A DNA stretch of 64,000 nt. Origin: Deltaproteobacteria bacterium (lineage in GTDB: Bacteria; Desulfobacterota; Binatia; UBA9968). The stretch lies in the NCBI GenBank assembly GCA_016193465.1, contig JACPSE010000052.1, positions 6,450 to 70,449 on the forward strand, written 5' to 3'. The notes beneath the pieces were generated by a model, which saw only the letters and a list, made by a program, of their open reading frames with translations, was not told the origin of the DNA and made no database searches. Shown here piece after piece: positions 10,056-17,919 of this stretch (position 1 is the first letter of the stretch; each line of letters begins with the position of its first letter). A program made the position numbers and the translations under genes.

Positions 10056-11327
10056 TTGGAAGAGCCCTCTACAATGCAAGCGGAACACAAGGCAGGCCCG
10101 CTGGCCGCGCGGTTCCGATTGCAAACCTTCTCCTCTCTGCGTCATCTGGATTATCGCTATCTCTGGGTCGGCACGATGTTGATGAGCGCGGGACAATGGA
10201 TCCAGCAGATAACCCTGGGATGGCTGCTCTACGATCTAACCGGCTCGTCGGTATTACTGGGGGCGCTCAATGGGCTGCGGGCGCTGCCGTTTCTTGTCTT
10301 CAGTCCCATCGCAGGCGTGGCCGCGGACCGAATGGACCGCCGCAAGCTCCTGCTCAACACGCAGTCCATTCTGTTGGTCACCGCGCTGGGAATGGGTGCG
10401 CTGGTGGCTTCGGGGCTGTTGGAGATATGGCATCTGTTTCTGTTCACGCTGATCACTGGAGCTGCCTGGTCCTTTAACGAGCCGGTGCGTCAAACTCTGG
10501 TCCCAAACTTGGTGCCCAAAGAAGAGCTGACGAACGCCATCGCGCTCCACGCCGCAGGCTTTAACCTCAACAAAATCATCGGCCCCGCCCTGGGCGGATT
10601 GCTGATCGCGCTGTTTGGGGCTGCCGGTAACTTCTTTGTCCAGGGCCTTGCTTACGCCGGTGTGCTGGTTACGATTTACGCTATGCGAGTGCCTCCTACT
10701 CCTGTCCAGGCGCGCCAATCCACGGTGGTCGCTAATCTAAAGGAGGGGTTTGCCTACGTGTGGTCCACCCCGACCGTATTCGCGCTGCTGCTAGCGGACT
10801 TGGTCCCACGTATCTTCGCATTGCCGTATCAGGCCTTGATGCCTATCTTTCAAAAGGATGTGCTCAGGGTGGGTCCAGAGGGGCTTGGTATGCTGATGGC
10901 CGCGCCGGGGGTGGGAGCGCTGCTGTCAACTCTGCTGCTGGCCTCTATCGCCCATAGTTTTCGGCGCAAAGGGCTATTGGTGTTGGGAGGGCTGATCCTG
11001 CTGGGCATCTTCCTTTTCTTGTTTTCTCGCACCACCTCTTTCCCGCTGGCTCTTCTAATGTTGGTTGCGGTGGGCGGCTGCCAGATCGTGTTTATGGCGA
11101 CTACCATGACTATGGTCCAGATGATTATCCCGGATGCGCTGCGTGGTCGCGTGATGAGTCTCTATATGCTGGACCGCGGGCTTACGCCTGCCGGATCTTT
11201 GCTGGCCGGGGTGACCGCGCACTTTATCGGCGCGCCGGCTACTGTTGGCATGATGGGTTTGATTGTGATTATTCTGGCTGTGCTTGTGGCCTGGCGAGTC
11301 CCGGTCATTCGTAAACTCAAGGCCTAG
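10056..11327 (+). CDS. MFS transporter
   Basis: 12 predicted hydrophobic helices; MFS-like loop motif (GVAADRMDRRKLL). Confidence 0.75.
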   Translation: MEEPSTMQAEHKAGPLAARFRLQTFSSLRHLDYRYLWVGTMLMSAGQWIQQITLGWLLYDLTGSSVLLGALNGLRALPFLVFSPIAGVAADRMDRRKLLLNTQSILLVTALGMGALVASGLLEIWHLFLFTLITGAAWSFNEPVRQTLVPNLVPKEELTNAIALHAAGFNLNKIIGPALGGLLIALFGAAGNFFVQGLAYAGVLVTIYAMRVPPTPVQARQSTVVANLKEGFAYVWSTPTVFALLLADLVPRIFALPYQALMPIFQKDVLRVGPEGLGMLMAAPGVGALLSTLLLASIAHSFRRKGLLVLGGLILLGIFLFLFSRTTSFPLALLMLVAVGGCQIVFMATTMTMVQMIIPDALRGRVMSLYMLDRGLTPAGSLLAGVTAHFIGAPATVGMMGLIVIILAVLVAWRVPVIRKLKA

Positions 11328-11365
11328 GCCGGGCAAGTCTTTGAGCAAAAAGCAGGGAATGTGAT

Positions 11366-12118
11366 ATGTCGTTCCGACGAGGAAAAAATCGTATGTGGAG
11401 ATATTCTGTAGTGAGGGCGTGCTTAGGGCTAATGGCCCTGGTTCTGCCGAGCTTCGTTGCAGTTCCGGTTTGGTCGCAAGACTTCGCCGCGATCCTTGCT
11501 AACCCCGAGCGCCCGGCAAACGAACGGAGCCTCGATGCCGTGCGTAAGCCTGAAGAGGCGCTCAAATTCTACGGCGTCAAATCCGGCGACAAGGTGGCCG
11601 ATATCATGACAGGTAGGGGATACTACGCTGCGCTTCTCTCCCAGTTGGTGGGAGATAAGGGGATGGTTTATGCAGCCGCCCAAACAGTTAGGAAGGAGCT
11701 AGCCGCGCGCTTCCAGAATCCCCTCTACGCAAACGTTAAGCTTATCGAGGGGAAGATGAGTGAGCTCGGCTTGCCTGCTGATAGCTCTCTCGATTTTGCC
11801 CTTATCCACCTGAACTACCATGATCTCGAGCCTGGAGTTCGAACGGCGATGAACCGAAGGGTCTATGCCGCGCTAAAAGCGGGCGGCTCGTATGGCATCG
11901 TGGATCACGCGGCCAAGGAGGGCAGCGGCAATGAGGTCACCAAAAGCCTGCATCGAATTGACAAAGCCATGGTGGTCAAAGAGGTAACTGAGGCGGGTTT
12001 TGTTTTGGTCCAAGAAGGGGAGATGTTGCGTCATCCTGAAGACCCGCGCACCGAGAGCGTGTTCGTGGATCGCGGCAAGAGCGACCGCTTCGTGCTGAAG
12101 TTTGAGAAGGCTAAATGA
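11366..12118 (+). CDS. Secreted class I SAM-dependent methyltransferase-like protein
   Basis: Signal peptide (LMALVLPSFVAVPVWSQ); DIMTGRGYYA (glycine-rich motif I-like). Confidence 0.45.
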   Translation: MSFRRGKNRMWRYSVVRACLGLMALVLPSFVAVPVWSQDFAAILANPERPANERSLDAVRKPEEALKFYGVKSGDKVADIMTGRGYYAALLSQLVGDKGMVYAAAQTVRKELAARFQNPLYANVKLIEGKMSELGLPADSSLDFALIHLNYHDLEPGVRTAMNRRVYAALKAGGSYGIVDHAAKEGSGNEVTKSLHRIDKAMVVKEVTEAGFVLVQEGEMLRHPEDPRTESVFVDRGKSDRFVLKFEKAK

Positions 12119-12123
12119 GGGTT

Positions 12124-12684
12124 TTATCGCTTGTACCGGCCCGTGAGTTGGGCCTCGGCTAGAATGCGGCCTTTCATTGCATCGAGGAGTTGCTGTTTTG
12201 TCACGCGCGGCTTTAGATTGGTCAGCGCATCCAAAGCGTAGAGCTTAAAAAAGTACCGGTGTGCAGGCCCAGGCGGAGGGCAGGGTCCACCGTAGCCGAC
12301 CTTCCTGAAATCATTGATTCCCTGTTTGGCGCCGTTAGGCAGGGTCTCGCTCGTGGCAATACCCTCGGCAAGCTCCTTTGGCTCCGGCGGCAAGTCATAG
12401 ATTACCCAGTGTACCCACGTCCCGACCGGAGCGTCTGGGTCATCGGCGATCAGAGCAAAAGCCTTTGTCCCAGCCGGCGTATTCTCCCATCTGAGCGGAG
12501 GCGAAAGATCGGTGCCGTCGCACGTGTACTTGCGTGGGATCTCCGCGCCGCTCTGGAAAGCAGAACTCTTTAACTCCATAGCCATAGCAGATCCTCCGTT
12601 CACTAGGGAGAAGGTCAGGAGCGCCGTGAAGAGAATCCAGATGTTTTTGGATCTCTCTAGGATTGCAGATTTAGATTGGCTCAC
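12124..12684 (-). CDS. YbhB/YbcL family PEBP (Raf kinase inhibitor-like) protein, secreted
   Basis: Signal peptide; PEBP signature region GYGGPCPPPGPAHRYFFKLYALD. Confidence 0.8.
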   Translation of the reverse strand: MSQSKSAILERSKNIWILFTALLTFSLVNGGSAMAMELKSSAFQSGAEIPRKYTCDGTDLSPPLRWENTPAGTKAFALIADDPDAPVGTWVHWVIYDLPPEPKELAEGIATSETLPNGAKQGINDFRKVGYGGPCPPPGPAHRYFFKLYALDALTNLKPRVTKQQLLDAMKGRILAEAQLTGRYKR

Positions 12685-12717
12685 ACCAGCTTGAGCTTCA
12701 GGGCATCCTTTCTTGAA

Positions 12718-13488
12718 CTAGCTCTTTAACTGCAAATCCACTTTCCCCTCATTCCACTCCTTTGCGCTGATGGTTTGGCCGGTTATTTCAGGTTTGTCCT
12801 GGCTAGCAAGAAAGAGGACCAATGGCACGACGACCTCAGGCGGTTGTCCGCCACGTCCATCGACATTCACGCGGCCTCCGGGATGGATGGCATTGGCGCT
12901 GATGCCGTACTCCTTTACTTCTTCAGCGATGGTCTTCATCAGCCCCTCCACCGCATGCTTCGAAGCGCAGTAGGCGCTCTTGCCCGGCACCCCATGGCTT
13001 CCTGCATTGGAGGAGATGCCGATAATGGTTCCCCTTCGCTGTTGCATCATGCGCGGCAGGGCAAAGTGCGTGCACAGGAAAACCGCCCTAAGATTGACAT
13101 TGAGTACAAGGTCCCAATCCTCCACGGGAAGCTCGTGCGCGGGTCGCATTTTCAAACATCTCCAGGTCTCGTAGGTCCCGTCGTTATGTTTCTCCATTCG
13201 TAAGCCTGCGTTGTTGACGAGGATGTCCAATCCGCTCAGCCTTTGGACACAAAAGTCAACCATGTATTCAGCGTTTTTCTCTTGGCTGAGATCGCCGACA
13301 AAAAGATCGCCTTTGCCGCCGAGAGATTGGATCTCTTTTAAGACCTGCTTTCCCTCGCTCTCTCTGACATCCGCGACAAGGACCTTGGCCCCTTCTCGGG
13401 CCAGTCCCAGGGCCATGGCGCGGCCAAGCCCACTGCCACCGCCGGTAACGACAGCCACCTGGCCCGCAATCTTCACTTTTTCTCCCAC
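12718..13488 (-). CDS. SDR family short-chain dehydrogenase/reductase
   Basis: VAVVTGGGSGLGRAMAL NAD(P)-binding motif, catalytic YCASKHAV; ORF in track (to 13722) overextended — probable GTG start ~13488/13476 overlapping stop of upstream rhodanese gene. Confidence 0.75.
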   Translation of the reverse strand: MGEKVKIAGQVAVVTGGGSGLGRAMALGLAREGAKVLVADVRESEGKQVLKEIQSLGGKGDLFVGDLSQEKNAEYMVDFCVQRLSGLDILVNNAGLRMEKHNDGTYETWRCLKMRPAHELPVEDWDLVLNVNLRAVFLCTHFALPRMMQQRRGTIIGISSNAGSHGVPGKSAYCASKHAVEGLMKTIAEEVKEYGISANAIHPGGRVNVDGRGGQPPEVVVPLVLFLASQDKPEITGQTISAKEWNEGKVDLQLKS

Positions 13489-14309
13489 GGCTTCTCGATT
13501 GGCAGGTCTAGCCGGTTTCCCCACTCTCCCCAGGAGCCGAGATAGTTGCGGACTTTGGGGAAGCCGACGAGCCGGAGGGCGAGATAGGTGTGGGCGGAGC
13601 GGTAGCCCCCCTGGCAGTAGGGAATGACCTCCTTGTCGGGGGTCACGCCTAAGCTGGCATACATTTGGCCAAGCTCTGCCGCGGATTTGTATTTTCCGCT
13701 TGAGTCGAGGTTGTTGGTCCATTCGAGATGCACAGCCCGGGGGATTACCCCGCCACGGGCGGCGCGGATGTTCCGTCCCAGGTACTCGTCATCACTGCGG
13801 GTGTCCACGATACAGATATCTTTTCTCCCAAGAGAGTTGAGCACGTCATCAGCCGTGGCCAAGAGATCCCGTCTCTCCGCTGTTTTGAATTGCGCGGCCT
13901 TGGGAGAGACGGCCTCGGTTGTGATCGGGTATCCGGCCTCTCGCCAGGCCTGGATGCCGCCGTCCAACACATGGACATTGGGGTGGCCGAAGTATTCCAG
14001 AAACCATAATCCGCGCGCAGCCCGCATACCGGAATTCTCCTCGTAGAGGACGACCTCTTTTTCTTCACTCACGCCGCGCATCTCCAGGACGTGGCAGATC
14101 ATATACATGAAGGCCTTCAGCGGGGCTGGGTTGGTGTCGATAAGGCTCAGGCCGAAAAGGTCGAAGTGAACAGCGCCCGGGATGTGGCCCTGAGCGAGCT
14201 TTTCGGCTGGCCGGGTGTCAATAAGGACTAAGTTGGGCTCTCCTATTTTTTTATTGAGATCAGCCGGGGTTGTGAGGAGTTCTGAGGGGGTGTATCCTGT
14301 TTTTTCCAT
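13473..14309 (-). CDS. Rhodanese-domain sulfurtransferase (tandem rhodanese, SseA/thiosulfate sulfurtransferase-like)
   Basis: Two rhodanese modules; active-site CQGGYRSA loop; start chosen at MEKTGY (M19 of track ORF). Confidence 0.75.
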   Translation of the reverse strand: MEKTGYTPSELLTTPADLNKKIGEPNLVLIDTRPAEKLAQGHIPGAVHFDLFGLSLIDTNPAPLKAFMYMICHVLEMRGVSEEKEVVLYEENSGMRAARGLWFLEYFGHPNVHVLDGGIQAWREAGYPITTEAVSPKAAQFKTAERRDLLATADDVLNSLGRKDICIVDTRSDDEYLGRNIRAARGGVIPRAVHLEWTNNLDSSGKYKSAAELGQMYASLGVTPDKEVIPYCQGGYRSAHTYLALRLVGFPKVRNYLGSWGEWGNRLDLPIEKPWEKK

Positions 14310-14347
14310 AAGCGACCTTATAACACCACATTGGTCCTGTCTCAAAC

Positions 14348-15451
14348 ATGCTACCCCTTTCAAAGGCTCCCCGCTGCTGGCGCGCGCTCGGGCTGATAGC
14401 TGTTTTCTCCTTTGCCTCCTCCTTTACTTATCAACTTGCCTTGCCCGGAAGAACTATCTCTTTTCCGCGAGACCATTTTTCTCATCCCGATTTTAAGACC
14501 GAGTGGTGGTACTACACGGGCCATTTGGAGACCGAGGGCGGAAAAAAATATGGCTATCAGGTCACCTTCTTTCGTTTCGGCTTGCGCGATCGCCAGAAGC
14601 AAGAGAAAGATAAGGCGCCGCTTTTTACCGAACTCTATCTCGCCCATTTTGCCCTCTCAGACAAACAGGAGAAAAAGTTTCTCTTTCGGGAAAGGGCCAA
14701 CCGCGGTTACAGGGACAAGGCTGGCGCCGCGGTCGATCGCTACCTGGTTTGGAACGAAGAGTGGAAGATCGAGGGCAGCAGGCAGAGCCATATTATGGAA
14801 ATAAAAGATCGGGATGTGGCTTTGAAATTGTACTTGACACCGCTCAAACCGCCGGTTTTGCACGGGGACAGGGGGCTGAGTCAAAAGGGCGAGGGAAAAG
14901 GCAAGGCCTCCTATTATTATTCTTTCACGCGGATGAAGACAGAAGGAGAATTCGAAATTGGGGGAAAGAGAGAAAGAGTTCGGGGTTTGAGCTGGATGGA
15001 CCACGAGTTCGGTAGCAACCAACTGGGAGAAAACCAAGTGGGCTGGGACTGGTTCAGCATCCAGCTCGATAACAAAACGGAGATCATGCTCTATCTGATG
15101 CGCCGGCGGGACGGGTCGCCCGACCCTTATTCCAGTGGCACGTTGATCTATCAAGATGGTTCTACCCGGCATCTTACTCTTGATGATTTTCGCGTGGAAG
15201 TTTTGGAGCGGTGGAAAAGCGTCAAGAGCAGTGGTAACTACCCGATGCGGTGGAGGGTTACGGTCCCATCCGAGCAGATCGAGCTGGAGATTGCGCCGTT
15301 CTTCCGCGAGCAGGAGCTGGACACGCGCAAAAGCACAAGAGTTACTTACTGGGAGGGAAGTGTTGAGGTGCGCGGGAGCTACAAGAAAAGGCCGATTCAG
15401 GGGCTGGGTTATGTGGAGATGACCGGCTATGCGGGGAGATTGAAAGTATAA
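14348..15451 (+). CDS. AttH/CrtC-family lipocalin-fold protein (hydroxyneurosporene-synthase-like), secreted
   Basis: Signal peptide; HFSHPDFKTEWWYYTGH motif characteristic of AttH/CrtC family. Confidence 0.55.
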   Translation: MLPLSKAPRCWRALGLIAVFSFASSFTYQLALPGRTISFPRDHFSHPDFKTEWWYYTGHLETEGGKKYGYQVTFFRFGLRDRQKQEKDKAPLFTELYLAHFALSDKQEKKFLFRERANRGYRDKAGAAVDRYLVWNEEWKIEGSRQSHIMEIKDRDVALKLYLTPLKPPVLHGDRGLSQKGEGKGKASYYYSFTRMKTEGEFEIGGKRERVRGLSWMDHEFGSNQLGENQVGWDWFSIQLDNKTEIMLYLMRRRDGSPDPYSSGTLIYQDGSTRHLTLDDFRVEVLERWKSVKSSGNYPMRWRVTVPSEQIELEIAPFFREQELDTRKSTRVTYWEGSVEVRGSYKKRPIQGLGYVEMTGYAGRLKV

Positions 15452-15481
15452 TAGGGGGTGCGCGGAGGCAGCTCTCCTGTG

Positions 15482-15538
15482 TTGACATTAGAGGGCATCT
15501 GTGTAATACATTCGATAAATTTGTATTACAAAAGGAGG
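15482..15538 (+). promoter_or_regulatory. Sigma70-like promoter (TTGACA-N16-TAATAC) with embedded perfect 8-bp inverted repeat GTAATACA-N11-TGTATTAC (probable VapB operator) and RBS AAGGAGG
   Basis: Read directly: TTGACA 15482-15487, TAATAC 15504-15509, palindrome arms 15503-15510 / 15522-15529, RBS 15532-15538, ATG 15544. Confidence 0.6.
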
Positions 15539-15543
15539 TTTCC

Positions 15544-15789
15544 ATGGCCAAGAGTGTGCGCTTGGATAGTCGGTTGGAATCCCGCTTAGAGCGCGCTGCC
15601 CGAGTTCTGGGAATTTCCCAGTCTGAGCTGATTCGGGAGGCGGTAGCCAAAAGGTGCGAGGAGGTGGTAAGGCCATCCCTGGCTGTGAGGCTGGCCCCGC
15701 TCATTGGGCTTATCAAGACCTCGGGTGGCCGTGCCCGGCATACGGGGATGGCTTTTCGACGGGCTCTGGCTAAGAAGAGGGCGCGATGA
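15544..15789 (+). CDS. vapB: Ribbon-helix-helix antitoxin (VapB/CopG-type)
   Basis: MAKSVRLDSRLESRLERAARVLGISQSELIREAV RHH motif; 4-nt overlap (ATGA) with downstream PIN gene. Confidence 0.8.
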   Translation: MAKSVRLDSRLESRLERAARVLGISQSELIREAVAKRCEEVVRPSLAVRLAPLIGLIKTSGGRARHTGMAFRRALAKKRAR

Positions 15790-16202
15790 TCCTCACGGAT
15801 GCTGGACCGTTGGTGGCCCTTATTGATCGAGGCGAACCTGACCACGGTGCCTGTGTGGCTTGCCTGGATAGGTTCACCGGTCCAATGCTCACCACGTGGC
15901 CGGCGTTCACAGAGGCGATGTATTTATTGGGAGAGGCTGGGGGATGGCGTGCGCAGGAGGCCCTCTGGAGGATCCTTCAGGGTGGTGACCTGGAAATCGC
16001 GCCGCAGGGAGCCGAGCATCACGGGCATATACAGGCTTTAATGCGAAAGTATCGGGACCATCCGATGGATCTGGCCGATGCCTCCCTGGTTTGTTTGGCT
16101 GAAGAGCGAGGCTTTCGGGAGATCTTCACTCTAGACCAACGGGACTTTCATACCTACCGCATCCATGGGCGCCAGACCTTTCGTCTCTGGCCGGCGAAGT
16201 AG
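15786..16202 (+). CDS. vapC: PIN-domain toxin VapC
   Basis: MILTDAGPLVALIDRGEPDH N-terminus with conserved acidic residues of PIN fold; coupled to RHH antitoxin. Confidence 0.8.
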   Translation: MILTDAGPLVALIDRGEPDHGACVACLDRFTGPMLTTWPAFTEAMYLLGEAGGWRAQEALWRILQGGDLEIAPQGAEHHGHIQALMRKYRDHPMDLADASLVCLAEERGFREIFTLDQRDFHTYRIHGRQTFRLWPAK

Positions 16203-16288
16203 TGCTGGAGTTGAAGTACCAGAGACTCGCCTAGGGCCTGGGTTCCATCGAGATGACGGGGTATGTGGGGTTAAGGGCGTAAGATGTA

Positions 16289-16864
16289 ATGACTGAGAAG
16301 GAAAAAACCCTTCTTACGGGTTGTCTAAACGGCGACAAGGCAGCCTGGGATGCCTTCGTCCTGCAGTATTCATCTCTCGTCTATCATACAATCAGAAGGA
16401 CCTTCGGTCTTTATCACTCCGACCCTCGCACCGATCTAGTTGAGGACCTTTTTCAGGAAGTTTTTCTCTCGCTTGTCCAAAACGACTTCAAAAAGCTTCG
16501 TCAGTTCAGAGGTGACCGCGGATGCAGTCTGGCGAGTTGGCTCAGGGTTGTTGCGGCAAGACTGACTATCGATTTCTTGAGAAAACAGGGCGCCCCATCT
16601 GTAGAAGTAACTGAGAGCCTTCCCTCCGGCCAGCCTGACCCGCCAGCTTCGCTAATTGATTTTGAAGAAGAGAAGCTGCTTTCCAAAGCCCTGCGAGGCC
16701 TGCCCCCACGGGACCGTCTTTTCCTTGACCTCTCTTATCGCAGAGAGCTCCCGCCAGAAGAGATTGCTGCTATTCTTCAGGTCTCTGTGAGTGCCGTCTA
16801 TACCCAGAAGAGCCGTGTCTTGGCTAAGTTACGAGAAACACTAAGGAAAGCCGCCGCCCTGTAA
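16289..16864 (+). CDS. ECF-family RNA polymerase sigma-70 factor
   Basis: Region 2 (LVEDLFQEVFLSLVQN...FRGDRGCSLASWLRVVAARLTIDFLR) and region 4 (LPPRDRLFLDLSYRRELPPEEIAAILQVSVSAVYTQKSR) hallmarks; ~190 aa. Confidence 0.85.
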   Translation: MTEKEKTLLTGCLNGDKAAWDAFVLQYSSLVYHTIRRTFGLYHSDPRTDLVEDLFQEVFLSLVQNDFKKLRQFRGDRGCSLASWLRVVAARLTIDFLRKQGAPSVEVTESLPSGQPDPPASLIDFEEEKLLSKALRGLPPRDRLFLDLSYRRELPPEEIAAILQVSVSAVYTQKSRVLAKLRETLRKAAAL

Positions 16865-16887
16865 GAAATCCCCGTTCCTCCCGTCTA
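16860..16887 (+). promoter_or_regulatory. ECF-type promoter TGTAAG-N16-CGTCTA (copy A) upstream of small secreted protein gene
   Basis: Motif positions read from sequence; matches B. subtilis sigmaX/W/M-type consensus TGxAAC-N16/17-CGTC; duplicated at 17271-17298. Confidence 0.55.
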
Positions 16888-16930
16888 TTTGGGCAGGAAG
16901 AAAAAATTTCACCCAAAGGAGGAGGGAACT

Positions 16931-17224
16931 ATGAACAAGGCAACGTTTCTTTGTAGTGTGGCTGTACTGAGCCTAGTGGCAGCGTCGGTACGGCCGGCCA
17001 GCGCTGGCGTGGCAGGTGTTGGATGCGCGGTGGAGATGGCAACGGTCGGGGTACCTGGCCGATCCTGCGCGACTGCGATTGTTACTACTGCTGCACCCTA
17101 TGCAGTGGCAACCGGAGCCTGGCTCCGCAACCGTCGGGACGGCTGGACGTACCGTGAAAATCTTGAGGCCGCCCGGAAATACTTGGACCCGTATCGGGGT
17201 TCCAAGACAGTCCGTAGGAGATAG
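16931..17224 (+). CDS. Small secreted hypothetical protein (signal peptide + ~70-aa Ala/Gly/Val-rich mature part, 3 Cys)
   Basis: Start at MNKATF preceded by AAGGAGGAGGG RBS; signal peptide FLCSVAVLSLVAASVRPASA; track ORF start 16889 lies inside 5'UTR. Confidence 0.5.
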   Translation: MNKATFLCSVAVLSLVAASVRPASAGVAGVGCAVEMATVGVPGRSCATAIVTTAAPYAVATGAWLRNRRDGWTYRENLEAARKYLDPYRGSKTVRRR

Positions 17225-17241
17225 CTGGGGGCAGGGGATGG

Positions 17242-17263
17242 CGGACAGAGATCTTTCTCTGTC
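17242..17263 (+). other. Perfect 9-bp-stem hairpin GGACAGAGA-TCTT-TCTCTGTCC between small-protein gene and second ECF promoter
   Basis: Palindrome read directly; no T-tract following. Confidence 0.4.
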
Positions 17264-17270
17264 CGCCGCC

Positions 17271-17298
17271 TGTAAGAAGTCGGCCGGTTTCCCGTCTA
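17271..17298 (+). promoter_or_regulatory. ECF-type promoter TGTAAG-N16-CGTCTA (copy B) upstream of PLA2-like gene
   Basis: ~70-bp unit CCGCCGCC-TGTAAGAA...CCCGTCTATTTGGGCAG..AAGGAGG..ATG shared with copy A. Confidence 0.55.
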
Positions 17299-17337
17299 TT
17301 TGGGCAGAAAGCCAAAATCTCAGTTAAGGAGGGAGCC

Positions 17338-17853
17338 ATGAGAAATCATAGAATTTTTTCTGGAGTTATTGCTTTTAGCATAGGCATCACGTTGCTAATG
17401 CCCCCTAGTGTGGTCAATGCAATAGGGTGGCCTATTTATGGTAATTGGGGAGGGCCTGGTTGGTCAGGCGGCAGCAACGGGAACAAAGCTCCGTGCGATG
17501 TCATGGATGCTGCATTTATGCGCCACGATATCAAGTACGAGCAGGTAAAGGGGCTATGGAGTAGACTGTCGCTGCTTCAAAGGGCCCGCGCTGTTGCTTT
17601 GGCAGACCAGGAACTGGTAAATGAAGTGTCGGCTATAAACCCTGAGACTTTGCGCGTAACATCAAAGTGTAAAGACCTGCCAAAGAGTAAGGGAGTAAGA
17701 AACGATACGATCAATTACTTTAGGCCAAAGGCGAAGCAAAACCAGGAAGTTGCCAGGATGATCCAGACGGGCGAATGTAAAGATGCCGTTGTGAGCCTAT
17801 ATGGCAACTCTGCCTGTATTCGAAAAACCATCGTACTTGGCAAGAGACGATAG
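17338..17853 (+). CDS. Secreted phospholipase A2-like protein (parvovirus VP1u / bacterial PLA2-like motif)
   Basis: Signal peptide ending VVNA; Ca-loop-like YGNWGGPG and catalytic-like D57-AAF-MR-H63-D64-IK-Y67 (DxxAAxxHDxxY). Confidence 0.55.
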   Translation: MRNHRIFSGVIAFSIGITLLMPPSVVNAIGWPIYGNWGGPGWSGGSNGNKAPCDVMDAAFMRHDIKYEQVKGLWSRLSLLQRARAVALADQELVNEVSAINPETLRVTSKCKDLPKSKGVRNDTINYFRPKAKQNQEVARMIQTGECKDAVVSLYGNSACIRKTIVLGKRR

Positions 17854-17919
17854 GAGTCAGGAAAAATAGCCGCCTATGGAAGCAATAAAGAACGGTGTTG
17901 AAAGACAAAAGGGGCAGAT

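Noticed and set aside
12718-13722. Full 334-aa ORF as the SDR gene
   Set aside because: The first ~80 residues are Arg/Pro-rich, overlap the upstream rhodanese gene out of frame, and precede the GxxxGxG NAD-binding motif by far more than is typical. A GTG start near 13488 gives a normal ~257-aa SDR.
16889-16930. Upstream ATG (16889) as start of the small secreted protein (MGRKKKFHPKEEGTMNK...)
   Set aside because: It lies within the promoter/5'UTR unit between the CGTCTA element and the strong RBS AAGGAGGAGGG. ATG 16931 gives a canonical signal peptide.
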